Source: the human T2T-CHM13v2.0 reference genome, Homo sapiens
DNA: 64,000 bases
Strand: one strand, 5' to 3'
NCBI RefSeq assembly: GCF_009914755.1
Contig: NC_060947.1
Numbering within the stretch: position 1 is the first letter of the stretch; every line of letters begins with the position of its first letter. The translations under genes and the position numbers were made by a program. The notes under the pieces were generated by a model. It had not been told where the DNA came from. It saw only the letters and a list, made by a program, of their open reading frames with translations, and did no database searches. Of the stretch, positions 29,819 through 46,867 are shown piece after piece.

Positions 29819-30829
29819 CGCTCTAAATATGTCCATGAAATACTACTTGACACACTTGCCTGCTTTCATAAGGATGGCTGCTTGAAATGATGAATCGTGA
29901 TGAACAGGTGATCAATATCACAAGCTGAGTAATGGCGCCCAGCTCTTGACTCATGTATGAACTGTGAATACAATAAGCATTTGGCCCAGTTTAAAAAAAA
30001 ATCCTACTGGGTCAAGGGTGATGGTTTCTCCAAATACCCCAAAAACATGTGGTATATTTCTGTCAAAAAGCGAATCATCTGCTGACAAAATCATTAGTCG
30101 TGTTCATTGGTACAGATTTTTTCCTGGAAGCTTTAAAATCCACTACAAGAGCTTTCCCAAAAATCACACCAATCTTCAAATAATACCTCAAAGGGAAACC
30201 ACTTCAGTATACATCTTCCCAATCTTCCTCACTCTCTCCCCACATATTCAAGTCATGAATTTTAGACCAGTACAAAGTACTAAACATTTTTTGGTGCCCT
30301 TTTCTCAGATTTCAATAACACACACGGCTTATCACTTGTGTTATACCAGAGCTAACGTTGAAATGGGCACAGGAAATGATACTATTAACAAAGGCAGAGA
30401 AGAATGCCACTTCCTTTGCTATCCCCTTCTTCCCACCTAAAAATCCACGTGATCCTCCCAAATGAAGTGTTTCAAAAATTTACACGACAGAATCCCAAGA
30501 TAAAACATGTCGATTTTGTGGAATCTGAGAACCAGTCTTGTAGTTAGGAGGGCCAGGAAAGTCCCACACTGAAAAATGTGACACTAATGATCCCTGGAAT
30601 TCTATCACTGTTTTTTTCTTGGTAAAATGTAATTCCCCTTTGTCTAGAAACCCTAATAATCAGGATCCTAACACAGAAATATGAATCTCTTTATCAGATG
30701 ATTGTCTTCACTGGAAACTTCTAGACTAGCCCCAGACACAAGAATGTACTCTTGGGGAAAGACAACAAGAGGACATTTAGTGAGTATCTTCCATGTGCTG
30801 AGAATCATGCATGAAGGATTAAATGTATC

Positions 30830-32520
<1,691 letters not shown>

Positions 32521-32725
32521 AGGAGTTCATTAGGCAGAAAAGAGAGAAGGAAACAATGCATAATTAAGTCCTTTACAATTTGTGCACTAAAATAATTAAG
32601 TATAGTAATGAATTGCAGACCTATTTTGAAAATATGAATTATTTGATACCAAAAATAAATAGATGAATCAATCAATAAATAGGGGAGAAGGAAGGGCTCT
32701 GGACCAAATGTGGAGGGAATACTAG

Positions 32726-33112
<387 letters not shown>

Positions 33113-33391
33113 CTAGAGGGAAATTTTGAGCAGGATATTTGTGTCTTCCCACAGACTGTGGATTTGGAAAGAAAAACCAATAACTACACAGTGGAGAAAT
33201 TAGACAATGCCCTGGCCAAGTGATCAAAATTAACATCACCAATGAGGAAGAGATGGACATTATGAGCCTCCAAAATAAGATACCCTGAGAAGGATATAAT
33301 GTCATCCACGCAGTGTTCAGGCTAAAAATGCATAACCTGAGTCCAATCACAAGAGACATCAGACAAACCAGACATGATTAATGTTCTATTA

Positions 33392-33788
<397 letters not shown>

Positions 33789-33801
33789 CTAAAAGAGACT
33801 A

Positions 33802-34114
<313 letters not shown>

Positions 34115-34526
34115 ATGCAACAACCCTAAACTGGATCCTGTACTAGAAGGAAAAAAATGCTGTAAAGGATGTTATCAGGTCTATTGTCAAAATTGGAATA
34201 CAAACGGCAGATTAGATAACAGTATCTTATCAAAACATTTACTGAGATTGATAACAGCGCTGTGATTATTTGAGAGAATATTCTTATACTTAGGAAATCC
34301 CTACTGAAGGATTTAGGAGTTAAAGTTCTTGCTGCATGAAATTTATCTTCAAATGGTTCAGGAAAATCCTAGGTACACGAGCAAGAGTGTAAATGATAAA
34401 GCAAACAGGATAAAATGCTAACAACAGAGGAATCTGGATTAAGGGCATGGGGTGTTCTTTGTACTTTTTAAAAAAAATGTTCAGCTCATTTGTAAAGTTT
34501 AAAATTATTTCCAAATAAAACGTTAA

Positions 34527-34954
<428 letters not shown>

Positions 34955-35256
34955 TTATTTGCACAAATATGGGCCTGTTGGGGGTCCAGGTAGTGGGTTA
35001 TGAGGAGGCTCCTGTTGAATGAGCCAGAATCAGCAACTGATCTAGGAGGGGCAGAGGAAATAAAAGGTGTCAAACAACTGTTTTGGAGAATGGAAAAACA
35101 AACCCACTAGGCAAGCATGGTAGGACTGCAGGCCATGTTGAAGGTCCATTTGAGGTTTATTAAGGTCAGGAACAAGACCTGGACATCGGTATTGATTTAT
35201 CAAGCTCCCCCAGTGATTCCAGTGGGCAGCGGGCTTTCAGAACCACTGTGCCACGG

Positions 35257-35481
35257 CAGGGTTTCTCAACCTTGGCACTATTAATGCTTGGGCCGGATCA
35301 CTGTTTGTTGGGGTGAGGGTGCTGTGCTGTGCACTGTAGGATGTTTACCAGCATCCTCGACCTCTCCCCACTAGGCGCCAGTAGCACCTCCAAACCCTGC
35401 CAGTCATGACAACTAAAAATGTCTCTTGACATTGTCAAATGTCCCCTGGGAGGCAAAAATCACCTCCAGTTGAGAACCACT
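35257..35481. mobile_element. MER20 (hAT)
   Basis: CAGGGTTTCTCAACCTTGGCACTATT...GTTGAGAACCACT terminal inverted repeats. Confidence 0.85.
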
Positions 35482-35544
35482 ATGCTAAGCCATAAACGTG
35501 ACAGGCTTACAAAGGTCAGGAATTGTGCGCACTCCTTGCTCTAG

Positions 35545-35790
35545 CTAGGAGCTTGTGATGAAGAACACAGGCTCTGAAATCAGATGGTCTGTATTCAAAC
35601 CCCGGACCTACTGCTTACCTTCTGTATGACCTTAGACAAGTAACTTAACTTCTCTGTACCTCAGTTTCCTCATCTGTAAAATGATGAGAATTGTACCTGC
35701 TTCAAGAGGTTGGGAGGATTAAATGAGTTAATAGATGTAAAGCAATAAGGGTAGTAACTGCTCAGTAAATATTAGCTATCATTATTATTA
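35545..35790 (+). mobile_element. MIR SINE
   Basis: TGACCTTAGACAAGTAACTTAACTTCTCTGTACCTCAGTTTCCTCATCTGTAAAATG core. Confidence 0.9.
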
Positions 35791-36415
35791 CGAGAGTGTC
35801 AGAAATATAGTGGATACCAGGTGAGTGTGTATTGGTTAATGAACTGCTTACATTAAAATACTCCACGCTTAACCTAAAGAAATTTCCACACTAACATTGG
35901 AACAGAAAGGCAGGGCACATTATACTTCTCTTAGGACAAGTGTCAGATTTTATCTATATTCTAGGCTCATTCATTCGGTCATTTGACACGTGGATAAAGC
36001 ACCTACTACGTCCCACTGTTCTAAGTCCTGACAACACAATGATGAGCAAACTACACAAAGTCCCTGCCTTCCTGGAACTTATATTCCAGGAAGGAAAAGA
36101 AGACGCAGCATCAGTAAACAAATAACTAAATAACATAATTGCAGGTAACAGTGATATAAAGAAAACAAAAGTGGGATAAGGGAATGGACCCTTCCTGTGG
36201 TAAGTGGGGAGTACGGTTTTAGAATGAGGGTTAGAGAAGACTCAGATGAAACAAAGAAACTATCTGGTGAAATGGTGTTCTGGGCAGGTAGCACAGCAAA
36301 CGCTTGGCTTGGGTGAGGAACATAAGCACGGAGGAGGCTGTGTTTGGAGAAGTTGAGAATAGGGAGTAAAGGAGGTACCAGTGAGGCCCTAGGGATTGAT
36401 TGTAAGTGTGGTAGG

Positions 36416-37408
<993 letters not shown>

Positions 37409-37749
37409 TTACACTGATCTCAGAGCATAATAAATGAACTTACTTTGCATCATAGCAGGATCTGATATAAAATGAATCGGTTCTGGACATAATCCAGCAG
37501 TTTGGGGACTTAGAAACTAAATGAGCAGTTTTACAAAACAATGTTTTTCAAACTGTGGGTCAAAAAATCAAATGAAAGGGTAGTCAAATCAATTTGGAAA
37601 ATCATGATCATCAGTTTAAAATGAAATAGAACAGATGAAAGATAATTGAAAATATCAATACATTGCACACAGGAGAAAGACAAAGACTTTGTGAGAGTTT
37701 GTTTCCATTATATACAAGTATGTTTGGACTGAGCTGAAATATAAAATGT

Positions 37750-38075
37750 GGCCAGGCGTGATGGCTCACGCCCGTAATCCCAACACTTTGGGAGACCGAG
37801 GCGGGTGGATCATGAGGTCAGGAGTTCAAGACCAACCTGGCCAAGATGGTGAAACCTCGTCTCTACTAAAAATACAAAAAAAAAATTAGTCGGGTGTGGT
37901 GGCGGGCACCTGCAATCTCAGCTACTCGGGAGGCTGAGGCAGAGAACTGCTTGAACCTGGGAGGCAGAGGCTGCAGTGAGCTGAGATTGCGCCACTGCAC
38001 TCCAGCCTGGGCAACAGAGTGAGACTCTGTCTCAAAAAAAAAAATTAAAAAATTAAAAAAAAGAAAGAAAAAAAG
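37750..38075 (+). mobile_element. Alu (AluSg-like)
   Basis: TSD GAAATATAAAATGT. Confidence 0.95.
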
Positions 38076-38274
38076 AAATATAAAATGTACTTATTGTGAA
38101 TGGTGGGCAAAAAAAGTTTGAACACTAGAAAAAGCTACCTTGTTTATACATGAGTAGGTTATAAACTGTCTCTTGATTCTCTTTCTTCCTCAGTACACCC
38201 AGCATTCCCCCAAATAAGAACATTATTAAAAAAACCTCCAAAGGTAGGTTCTTCATCATCTAAATAAAATGAAT

Positions 38275-38570
38275 TACCAGGCGCAGTGGCTCATGCCTGT
38301 AATCTCAGCACTTTGGGAGGCCGAGCCGGGTAGATCACTTGAGGTCAGGAGTTCGAGACCAGCCTGGCCAATATGGCAAAACCCCGTCTCTACTAAAAAT
38401 ACAAAAATTAGCCAGGTGTGGTGGTGCGCCGCCATAGTCCCAGCTACTCAGGAGGCTGAGGCAGGAGAATCACCTGAACCCAGGAGGCGGAGGTTGCAGT
38501 GAGCCGAGATTACTACCACTGCTCTCCAGCCTAGTTGACAGAGCAGGACTCTATCTAAATAAAATAAAAT
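38275..38570 (+). mobile_element. Alu (AluSz-like)
   Basis: TSD AAATAAAATGAATT. Confidence 0.95.
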
Positions 38571-39115
38571 AAAATGAATTGACTTAATGCTACACTAACT
38601 TCTCCTCCAGTGAGATCAAAATATGAACTTCCAAAGTCAAGAAGCAAACTAACTGATCCTAAACCTCTTAGGCTTTCAATGGGAAAAAAAAAAAAAGAAT
38701 TCCAAGCAGAACAAGAAATTTTAAAATTAAACTTTTAGACTTTTAGCAAGCTAACAATGGAAAAGAAACATCCTGAGGATAATTAAGGTAGCCACCAGAA
38801 CCCTATGGCAAGCACAATAGTTAATGGTAAAATAGTAGCAACTACTACTCAACATTATCCTACAGGGAAGCCTAGCCACTAAAGCAAGAAAATAAAATGA
38901 GGTAAAAATATTGGAGGGAAAATTCCCTATATTATTGCCATTTGCAGACAATTTGACTGTCTACTTTGAAAATCCAAGAAAATCAACTGAAAAACTATTA
39001 GAACTAAGAAAAGTTCAGTAAAATGGCTTGAATGTAAGATAAATGTACAGAAAAACAATTAAATAGCCTTCCTACTCACTACCATAGAAAATGAAGTGGG
39101 AAAAAAGGATACAAT

Positions 39116-39427
39116 TTCTTTTTGTTTTTGTTTTTCTTTTTTGAGACAGAGTTTCACTCTTATTGCCTAGGCTGGAGTGCAGTGGCCCAATCATAGCTCA
39201 CTGCAGCCTCAAAATCCCCGGCTGAAGAGATCCGTCTGCCTCAGCCTCCTGAGTAGCAAGGACTACAGGTGCATGCTACCATGCCCAGATAATTTTTTAA
39301 TTTTTTTTGTAGGGACGGGAATGTTGCTATGTTGCCCAGGCTGTTCTTGAACCCCTGGCCTCAAGCGATCCTCCCACCTTAGCCTCCTGAGTAGCTGGGA
39401 ATCCAGGCACGAGCCACTGTGCCCGGT
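39116..39427 (-). mobile_element. Alu (AluJ-like) between old L1M fragments (~38800-39950)
   Basis: Reverse-complement Alu. Confidence 0.9.
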
Positions 39428-41579
39428 TATCAGTTTTTGATAAAGCTCACATACAACATAGCCATCTTCTACGTGTTTACCTGAGTGAAATAAAAGTTTA
39501 CATTCATCCAAAAAGCCATATGTGAATATTTATATTGGCTTTATTCATAATCATCAATAGTTGGTGAGTGGATAAACAAACTTTGGGATACTGCTCAGCA
39601 ACAGTAAGGAATGAAGTATTGATCCGTGCAACATAGATAAACCTCAAATGCATTATGCTAGGTGAAAGAAGCCAGGCTCAGAAGCCTACAGAATACATAA
39701 GTTCTTTTACAGGACATTCTGAAAAGAACAAAATTATAGGGACAGCAAACAAATCAGTGGTTGCCAGGGGCTGAGAGTTGGGGGAGGCTGACTACAAAGA
39801 GTCAACAGGGAATTCCTTGGAGTGGTAGAATTCTTCTACATCCTGATACGGTGGTGGTTACATGACTATATACATTTGTCAAAACTTCTAGAACTGTACA
39901 CTGAAAAGAGTGAATTTTACTGTAATAAGTTACACTTCAATTTGAAAAACATGGAGTAGACTGAAGAATCCATTAAATCGATTTGTAAAATGGGACAGTG
40001 TTTACCACAATTTATTTGATTGCGGGAATTTATTTTATGATAGCTTTCCCCAAATGTTAGCCCGTTTAAGTTCCATCACCCACCACCTCACACCACAATC
40101 CCAAAATAAATTCCATGCGGATTAAATACCTACACATTTTTGAAACCATAAACATTTTAAAAGAACTTTTTTCTTCCTATCTTGTGGTCAGGAAAACCTT
40201 TCTCAGTGAAGCATAAAAACTAGCTCCCAGGTTTTAACTAAAGTCAGAATCCCTCCTTTCTATCTTTTGAATCATGGACATCACAGAAACACCTCCCTCT
40301 CCCTCCTTTTGTTAATTTAATAGCACTCTTCCCAGTTTGGATCGTGTATTTGAAAGCGACTTGGCACGCTCAGGCAGAAAAGTGGAAAAATGTGTTTTTC
40401 AGTTTCATCTGAGCCGTCAAAGCACCAAGAACATATGTCGTGATGTCCTGCTCTGAGTCCCCACAATGATCACATCAGCCATGGAAAATCAGCTTCTTTG
40501 CTGGCTCTTCCTTGCACCTGAGCAAACTCACTTTGCCATTTCTGGAAGGCTGTTCATGGTACCAAAAACACAGCAGCTTTCCTTTCCCTGCCAAACCCGC
40601 CAATGAAATGCCACTTATCTGACTTTTTCTCCCTCTGCTGAACAAAATCATATCCATAGTTAGAGTACAATCTTTTTCTTTTCTGTATTTCCAACATTTC
40701 TTTTTTCTAGAAAAATACACACACCTGGAATCTGTGTTTTTTGGGCAAGATTTCTTCACAGACAAAATACTGATGCTGGCCCTGCCTTTCTTCAGTGTTT
40801 TTCAGTAGCTAAATATGCTCTATCCCCCTTTTAATGAAAGTCACCTTGCAGAGATGTGGGAGTGATAAAAGCAGAAGGGAATCCGATCCGGGCTGGCATC
40901 ACGCTGAGGCCCTGTAAAAGAATACTCCTGAAAAGCTACAAAATTTGGCCACTTTTTGTTTTCCAGCTTTGCATTTGAGCTGTGAAAGCTGCCAAACCAA
41001 GCAATGTCCAGCTCATCTTAGATCTTAACTAAGCAAAATTTTATGAGATGCTAAATAGAGACTCCCCAATCCTTTGAAAATAACACACAACTTGTCAATA
41101 AACTTACAAAATTATTTCAATATCAAACTTAATTGTATTGTCTATCAATAATTAAGCTCCTAATAAACTGTTAACTGTTGATATTAATAAAGTAATAAAT
41201 TTTGTCACACCATGCATGCCTGGGTATGCTCTTAGACTTATCTCTTCAGATAGCCAAAGAGGAGTTGAGAAAGATTGGAGATAACTGCAACATCTAGCTA
41301 GTCTTCCCTTAATAAACCTCTACTCTCCATCACCCACCATCTCAAACCCTGATCAAAAAATGGGTTCTCTTTCCACGTATGGTGACTATTAGGATCAGCT
41401 ACATAATTTGTGGGACCCAGTGCAAAATGAAAAGGAGAGGCCCCTTGTTCAAAAATTAAGAATTTCAGCATTAAACCAAGTGCAGGATGCATGTCCATGA
41501 AGCCAGCCCTGCTATCAGATCATGTATTTGGCTAGAAAGTTGGTAAGAAAAGTAAAATATTTCGCTATTAAATGAGTAG

Positions 41580-42173
41580 TGAAGGAAATCAAATCATTTT
41601 ACCCCAAAATATATTTCTTTGACATATTTTGAAATAGTTGACATATTTCTAAATATTGACGTATTTAGAAAGCCAGCCAGTAGAGCTAATGCAAAGCTGT
41701 CCTTGGTGCGGAAGATTTGCATTTGTAGAGAATCTGCACGGATGTAGCCAGGCTTTATCGAGGTCCTCCCTTGTCCAGATCTAAGAGAAATTAACTGAGG
41801 ATCTGACCCCTTTAAAGGTCTGAAAGAAACATTTACTGTTTATTCTCTCTGAGGGCTGCCACCTGTGAGGTTTCATTGACATCTCCAGACCATTTTTGCT
41901 GGCCAAGCCTCCTCTTCTCCCCCTCTCACAACCTCTTTTACCACCATAACCTGTTTGGGGCCATGCGTTGAGACCCCTTTCTTTCTGTAACCTCAAGATA
42001 ATCTACATGCTTCTGTACCCCATTGGGGGGCTGGGGGTAATCACTCTATTGTTCTCTCCCCGTGGACACATTAATACATTTGCATGCCTTTTCTCCAATC
42101 AATCTGTCTTTGTCAGTTAATTTTTCAAGCGAACCTTCAGGGGGCGAAGGGAAAGTTTCCCTTGGCCTTTATA
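41580..42173 (+). mobile_element. ERV1 solo LTR, MER34/MER39 family
   Basis: Starts TGAAGGAAATCAAATCATTTTACCCCAAAATATATTTCTTTGACAT, ends AAAGTTTCCCTTGGCCTTTATA; 4-bp TSD GTAG (41576-41579 and 42174-42177). Confidence 0.8.
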
Positions 42174-42479
42174 GTAGCAAGTGTTTTTGCGTGCGTTTGG
42201 GGGTAGAGGTGGCAAAGAGGTATTAAAGCTATACATACTGTAAAGTCTTAGGACCTCGTCTCCCAATCTCCCACTTTTCCTAAGGTTTTCAGCCTGCTGG
42301 ACAAAAAGTACTTCCGTAGGGCCTGCCGGATAAAGTGTGGTCCATGGAACAGCATCAGCAGCCACTGGGAGCTTCTTAGAAATGCAGACGCTCGGCCCCC
42401 ACCCCAGACCTGCGGGATCAGAATCTCATTTTAACGGGATCCCTGGGGGATTATCGTGCACAGTACAGACTGTCACTGT

Positions 42480-43720
42480 CGAAGCAGCCACGGAAAACCT
42501 GTCCCCTGCTTCGTCTGGCTCTCGGGAGGTCAGCTCTCTTCTTCCCCCTCACTTTTTATCGGGTTTCGGAGCCTCGAAACTCGAGTCCCTGCCGAAATGC
42601 GCTCACTCCGAGACCACGAGCCCCCTCCTTCCCCGGCGTGCTCACCCCCTGGCTCCGGGCCGCCGCTCCGTCCCTCGGTGCCCGGGGCCACCTGTTCGGG
42701 GCCGCGCCGAGTGGTGCCGCCCCAAGCCGTCCGGGGCCCGGGCGCGTTCGCGCTCCGCCAGCACCGCCGCAGCCCGACCAGGCGCGCGGAGCCGGGCTCC
42801 CGGGAGTTGGCGTCTAGCACACCACCCGCGCGAGTCAGGCTCGTGGCTCAGTTTCCCGCGGGTTGGGGAAAGTACGGCTCCGTCCGAAGGTTTTGGAGAC
42901 GCGCGTCTCCCCTTGGAGCCTCCTTTCCCACGGCGCGCGGGCTCCCCCAGTCGGGGAACTAGCCCCGGGGCTGGGAGCTACGCCTCCGCCTTTCAGGATG
43001 TTCCCGGGCCCCGGCTAGGAACAGCAGCCGGGCGGAAGGCGCGTTCGTCCCGCCGGCCCGCTGGCCCGCCGCCCTCCGGGGCTAGACGCTGCGCCCGAGC
43101 CTCCAGCGCCCGTGGCCGGCTGTGCGAGTCTGGGTCTCAGGACCCCAAGGGGCCAGACCCGTCCTGGCGCCGAGCGCTTACCTGCCGCTCGCGTCCTCGG
43201 GGCTGGCTGCTGGCGCCGTCCGGCCCGCCTTTTCCCCTCTCCGGGGCTGCGGCCCTCCTCCCCCCGCCCGCGGCCTCGGCGCCGCCCCCGCCGCTCCCGG
43301 CCCGCTCCGCCGCCAGCTCTCCAGCTGCCCAGCGCGGCGTGGCGCGTCGGGCGCTCGGCGGCGGCGAGGCTGGGCGCGGAGGTGGGGAGCGGGCGGGGCG
43401 CGGAGGGAGGAGGGGGAGCGGGCAGCGCGGCCGGCCGAAGCCGGGCTGGGAGCTCGGGGCAGGGGCAGGGGCCGGGGAGAAGCGGGGGCGGCGAGCTCGG
43501 CCGCCCACCCCACCGCAGCCGGGGGCCCCGCAGCGCTCCTGGGCTCCAGGCACTGCGGGACCCTCAGATGCCCGGCGTCCAGCCCAGCGAGCTCCTCCTT
43601 GGGGACCCCAACGGACCCCAACCTCCAGACTCAGCGGCTCACCTTTAGGGCTCGCCCCGGTACCCATATGCCCGTTTCAGTGTCGCACGCTGTAATGGGT
43701 GGGAGCCCCGAGGGCGCACT
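42480..43720. promoter_or_regulatory. ADGRG2: CpG island / ADGRG2 promoter
   Basis: About 1.2 kb of very high GC and CpG density in CpG-poor surroundings; GC boxes (GGGCGGGGC at 43391); spans the first-exon donor. Confidence 0.95.
43182..43370 (-). other. ADGRG2: ADGRG2 exon 1 (5'UTR); 5' end approximate
   Basis: Ends ...GCAGCCAGCCCCGAGGACGCGAGCGGCAG|GTAAGC, matching my memory of the HE6/GPR64 cDNA; the TSS cannot be fixed from sequence alone. Confidence 0.85.
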
Positions 43721-44739
43721 TCTACCAAGATATTCCTGAATCCGGAGATCAGATGTCAGACCACTTGAGAGGGGAATTTGGAGAGAGCAGTAAACGAGAA
43801 ATGTCCCAGTAAAGGATTCAGTTCGATGGTTTTCCTGGTGAAGGACTGGAAATACACCGGGTTCCCAGAAACCGGGATCTCGGGCGCTCTGCCTGCTGGG
43901 GGTCGAGGTGGAGGGGGTATATAAAGTGAGTTGTCCCTGGTCCCCTCTACCTTTCTGTCTCAGCATCTCTCCTCCTGCATGGTCATAGAATAAAAACTAG
44001 ATCTGGATAGGACTTACAGATCCCCTAAGCAATTTGTCAAAGTACCCTATTTTACAGATGGGAAAATGGAGGCTCAGTTCTACAATACGAATTAGTTGTA
44101 GAGACCAGGGAAAAAATAAGCGCTCTGAATTCCCTTTCCGGCTCATTTTACTGCCCCCCTCCCCCGCCGCCTTTATAGTCGAATAACACCTGTGTTTGCA
44201 AAATGCTTTGTCGTTTTAAAGGCATCGTTCTCTTTCGTTAAACCTGCGGGAGAATATACCATTTTTCCTTTACAACTAGAACAAAATTCTGGATTCTGAA
44301 TTGCATTCACAGCCCTGGAGACGCGATGGTTATCAAGTGCAGATCTTTAAGGCATATCCTGGCTGACTCTGCCATTTTAGACACATGATGGGCGAGATGT
44401 ATATTCTGCTTTGCAGGAGGGGTTGAATTTGTTTTGCAAACACCAGTTTATTAACACTCACAACATTCTAACTGAATAAATGAATGGACAGTCTTTTCAG
44501 AGAGACTTTTAACTGATTGGATTAAGGGAGAGTAGAGTCAGGAAGCTCATCCAGGTTACATAAATTAAAAGTTTTGATGAAGGGGAAAATGGTGTATTAA
44601 ATAAACACACCCGGTATTACTCCAACGGGTTAAATTGGTTCCGTTTGAATGAACTTAACACGTATTTTTAACTTACATATAACTTTTGCATATTAACTTC
44701 TTTATTTTTGCTTTACATAGACCTCATACCTAAAGAATT

Positions 44740-45290
44740 TTCATACACCGCTAGTGGGAGTGTAAATTTTTACAAGCATTTTGGAAAACTCTTTGGCAGA
44801 ATCTATTAAAGCTGAGAGTACAACTACCCTCTGACCAGCAATTCCCCTTCTGGATGTACACACAACCTCAATCAGTGTGTATGTTTACCAAAGGATATGA
44901 ACTAGAATATCATACCAGTATATTTGCAATAGCCCAGATTGGAAATGACCCAGATGCCCACCAACAGAATGGATCGCAGACATTGTGATGGTATAGTCAC
45001 AAAGCGGAATCCCAGACAGCAATGAGACTGCATGAACCACTGCTATGCTTAATATAGATGAACCTCTGAAACAATGTTGAGTGAAGAAGTCAGGCCCAAA
45101 AACACAGACACTATATGATTTTGTTTCTGTAAAGGATAAAACAGGCAAAACTAACCTATGCTGTTAGGATAGCGGTCACTGGAGAATAAGAAGGGCTTAC
45201 AGGTAATGTCTGGCTTCTTGATCTGGGTACAGTTTAAACGGATCTATGAGCACTTTTCTGTATGTATGTCTCACGTCAATAACAAGTTAA
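44740..45290 (+). mobile_element. Old L1ME-type 3' fragment
   Basis: GTGGGAGTGTAAATT...TTTGGAAAAC...CAGCAATTCC. Confidence 0.7.
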
Positions 45291-45404
45291 TATATGTCTA
45301 TCTCATATTAACAGTTGCTTGAATTTCTAAAGTTAAGCGTGATACCAGAGTAAGTATGCTTTTCCTTTAAACAAACTTGCTGTTTAAAAAAGGACTTTAA
45401 GGCT

Positions 45405-45870
45405 CTTTGGGAGGCTGGGGTGAGGGGATTGCTTGAGCCCAGGAGTTCAAGACCAGCCTGAGCAACATAGTGAGACTCCATTTCTGTAAAAATAAAAAAT
45501 AAAAAAAAATCAGCCAGGCATGGCGGTGCATGCCTGTAGCCCCAGCTATTGATTATTGTGAATAAAGGCAATATAAATATTCACATACAGCTTTTTGTGT
45601 GAATATAAACCTCTATTTCACTTAGGTAAATACCTAGAAGTAAGAGTGCTATGTCATATGGTAAGTTTAGCTTTATCAAAAACTGGTAGCCAGACACAGT
45701 GGCTTGCCCCTGTAATCCCAGCTACTGAGGAGGCTGAGGTGGGAGGATGGCTTGAGCCCAGAAGTTGGAGGCTACCATGAGCTATGATCATGACCCTGTA
45801 CTCCAGCCTGGGTGACAGAGTGAGATCCTGTCTCTAAAAAAAAAAAAGAAAAGAAAGAAAAAGAAAAGAA
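45405..45870 (+). mobile_element. Two partial Alus (45405-45548, 45688-45870) flanking a short L1 fragment
   Basis: Truncated AluJ-like piece and FRAM-like monomer. Confidence 0.85.
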
Positions 45871-46560
45871 ATATGTCTAAAAAACATAAATAAGACAGTT
45901 CTTAAAAATTCATATTTTGCTGCACTTTCAGCCAAAGTTTCATTCTTCTTGACACACACTCTCAGATTCACATAACTCTGACATCAGGGCCTATGGAAGA
46001 GGAAAGAGGTTGGGATTAAGGAGGGAACCCCGGCCCTCCAGCCACAGGTTTTTCTGCCTTTTCTGAGAGAGGGAGCCCTAGTCACATGCCTTCTACACGG
46101 GTACTATCTGGAGATATGAAGGAAGGCTATGGCTGCTCAGGATTTGCAGGTGAATATTTATCCAAAGCCTGTGGGCTGATGTCCCAGCAACTGAAGAGTG
46201 GGTGGCTTTGGCTGTAGTCCCACAGGGTCTTTGAACCAGTGATGGAGCTTGATCAGCAGGCATCAGTCAGGCAGCAAATATGGCAGAGACCGAATAGAGA
46301 AGGCAAAAGTTCTTGTCACCTTGCCCCCTTCCCACTGGTAGGTCCCTTAATGAAGGTTCTTGGCAAAGGGAGGTGGCAGAGGAGGACAGCTCACCAGTGC
46401 TCAGGGCACGGCTCTCCTTAGAACTTCAAATGTAATTGACCTGTGGCCAAATCGTCTACAAATAGAGCACATGATGGTCTAAAACAGATTCATTCTTTCC
46501 CAAGGGAAACAGAGCATGAAGAGAACATGGGGCTCAGGTGCAAATCAAGACGGTGAGCTG

Positions 46561-46867
46561 GGCTGGGCGTGGTGGCTCATGCCTGTAATCCCAGCACTTT
46601 GGGAGGCTGAGGCAAGAGGATTGCTTGAGCCCAGGAGTTCGAGACCAGCCTGGCCAACATGGTGAAACCTCATCTATACCCAGAAAAGTACAAAAATTAG
46701 CTGGGCATGGTGGCGTTGCCTGTAGTCTCAGCTACTCAGAAGGCTGAAGTGGGAGGATCGCTTGAACCCAGGAGGTCAAGGCTGCAGTGAGCCGGGATTG
46801 CACCACTGTACTCCAGCCTGGGTGACAGAGTGAGACACTGACTCAAAAAAAAAAAAAAAAAAAAAAA
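46561..46867 (+). mobile_element. Alu (AluJ/Sz-like)
   Basis: Dimeric Alu; TSD-like AAGAC(G/T)GTG. Confidence 0.95.

Noticed and set aside
42337-43739. 452-aa plus ORF and several overlapping 147-205-aa ORFs on both strands
   Set aside because: They lie in the CpG island where stops are rare; low-complexity Pro/Arg/Gly/Ala in all frames, no domain, and the longest starts in a MER5-like repeat
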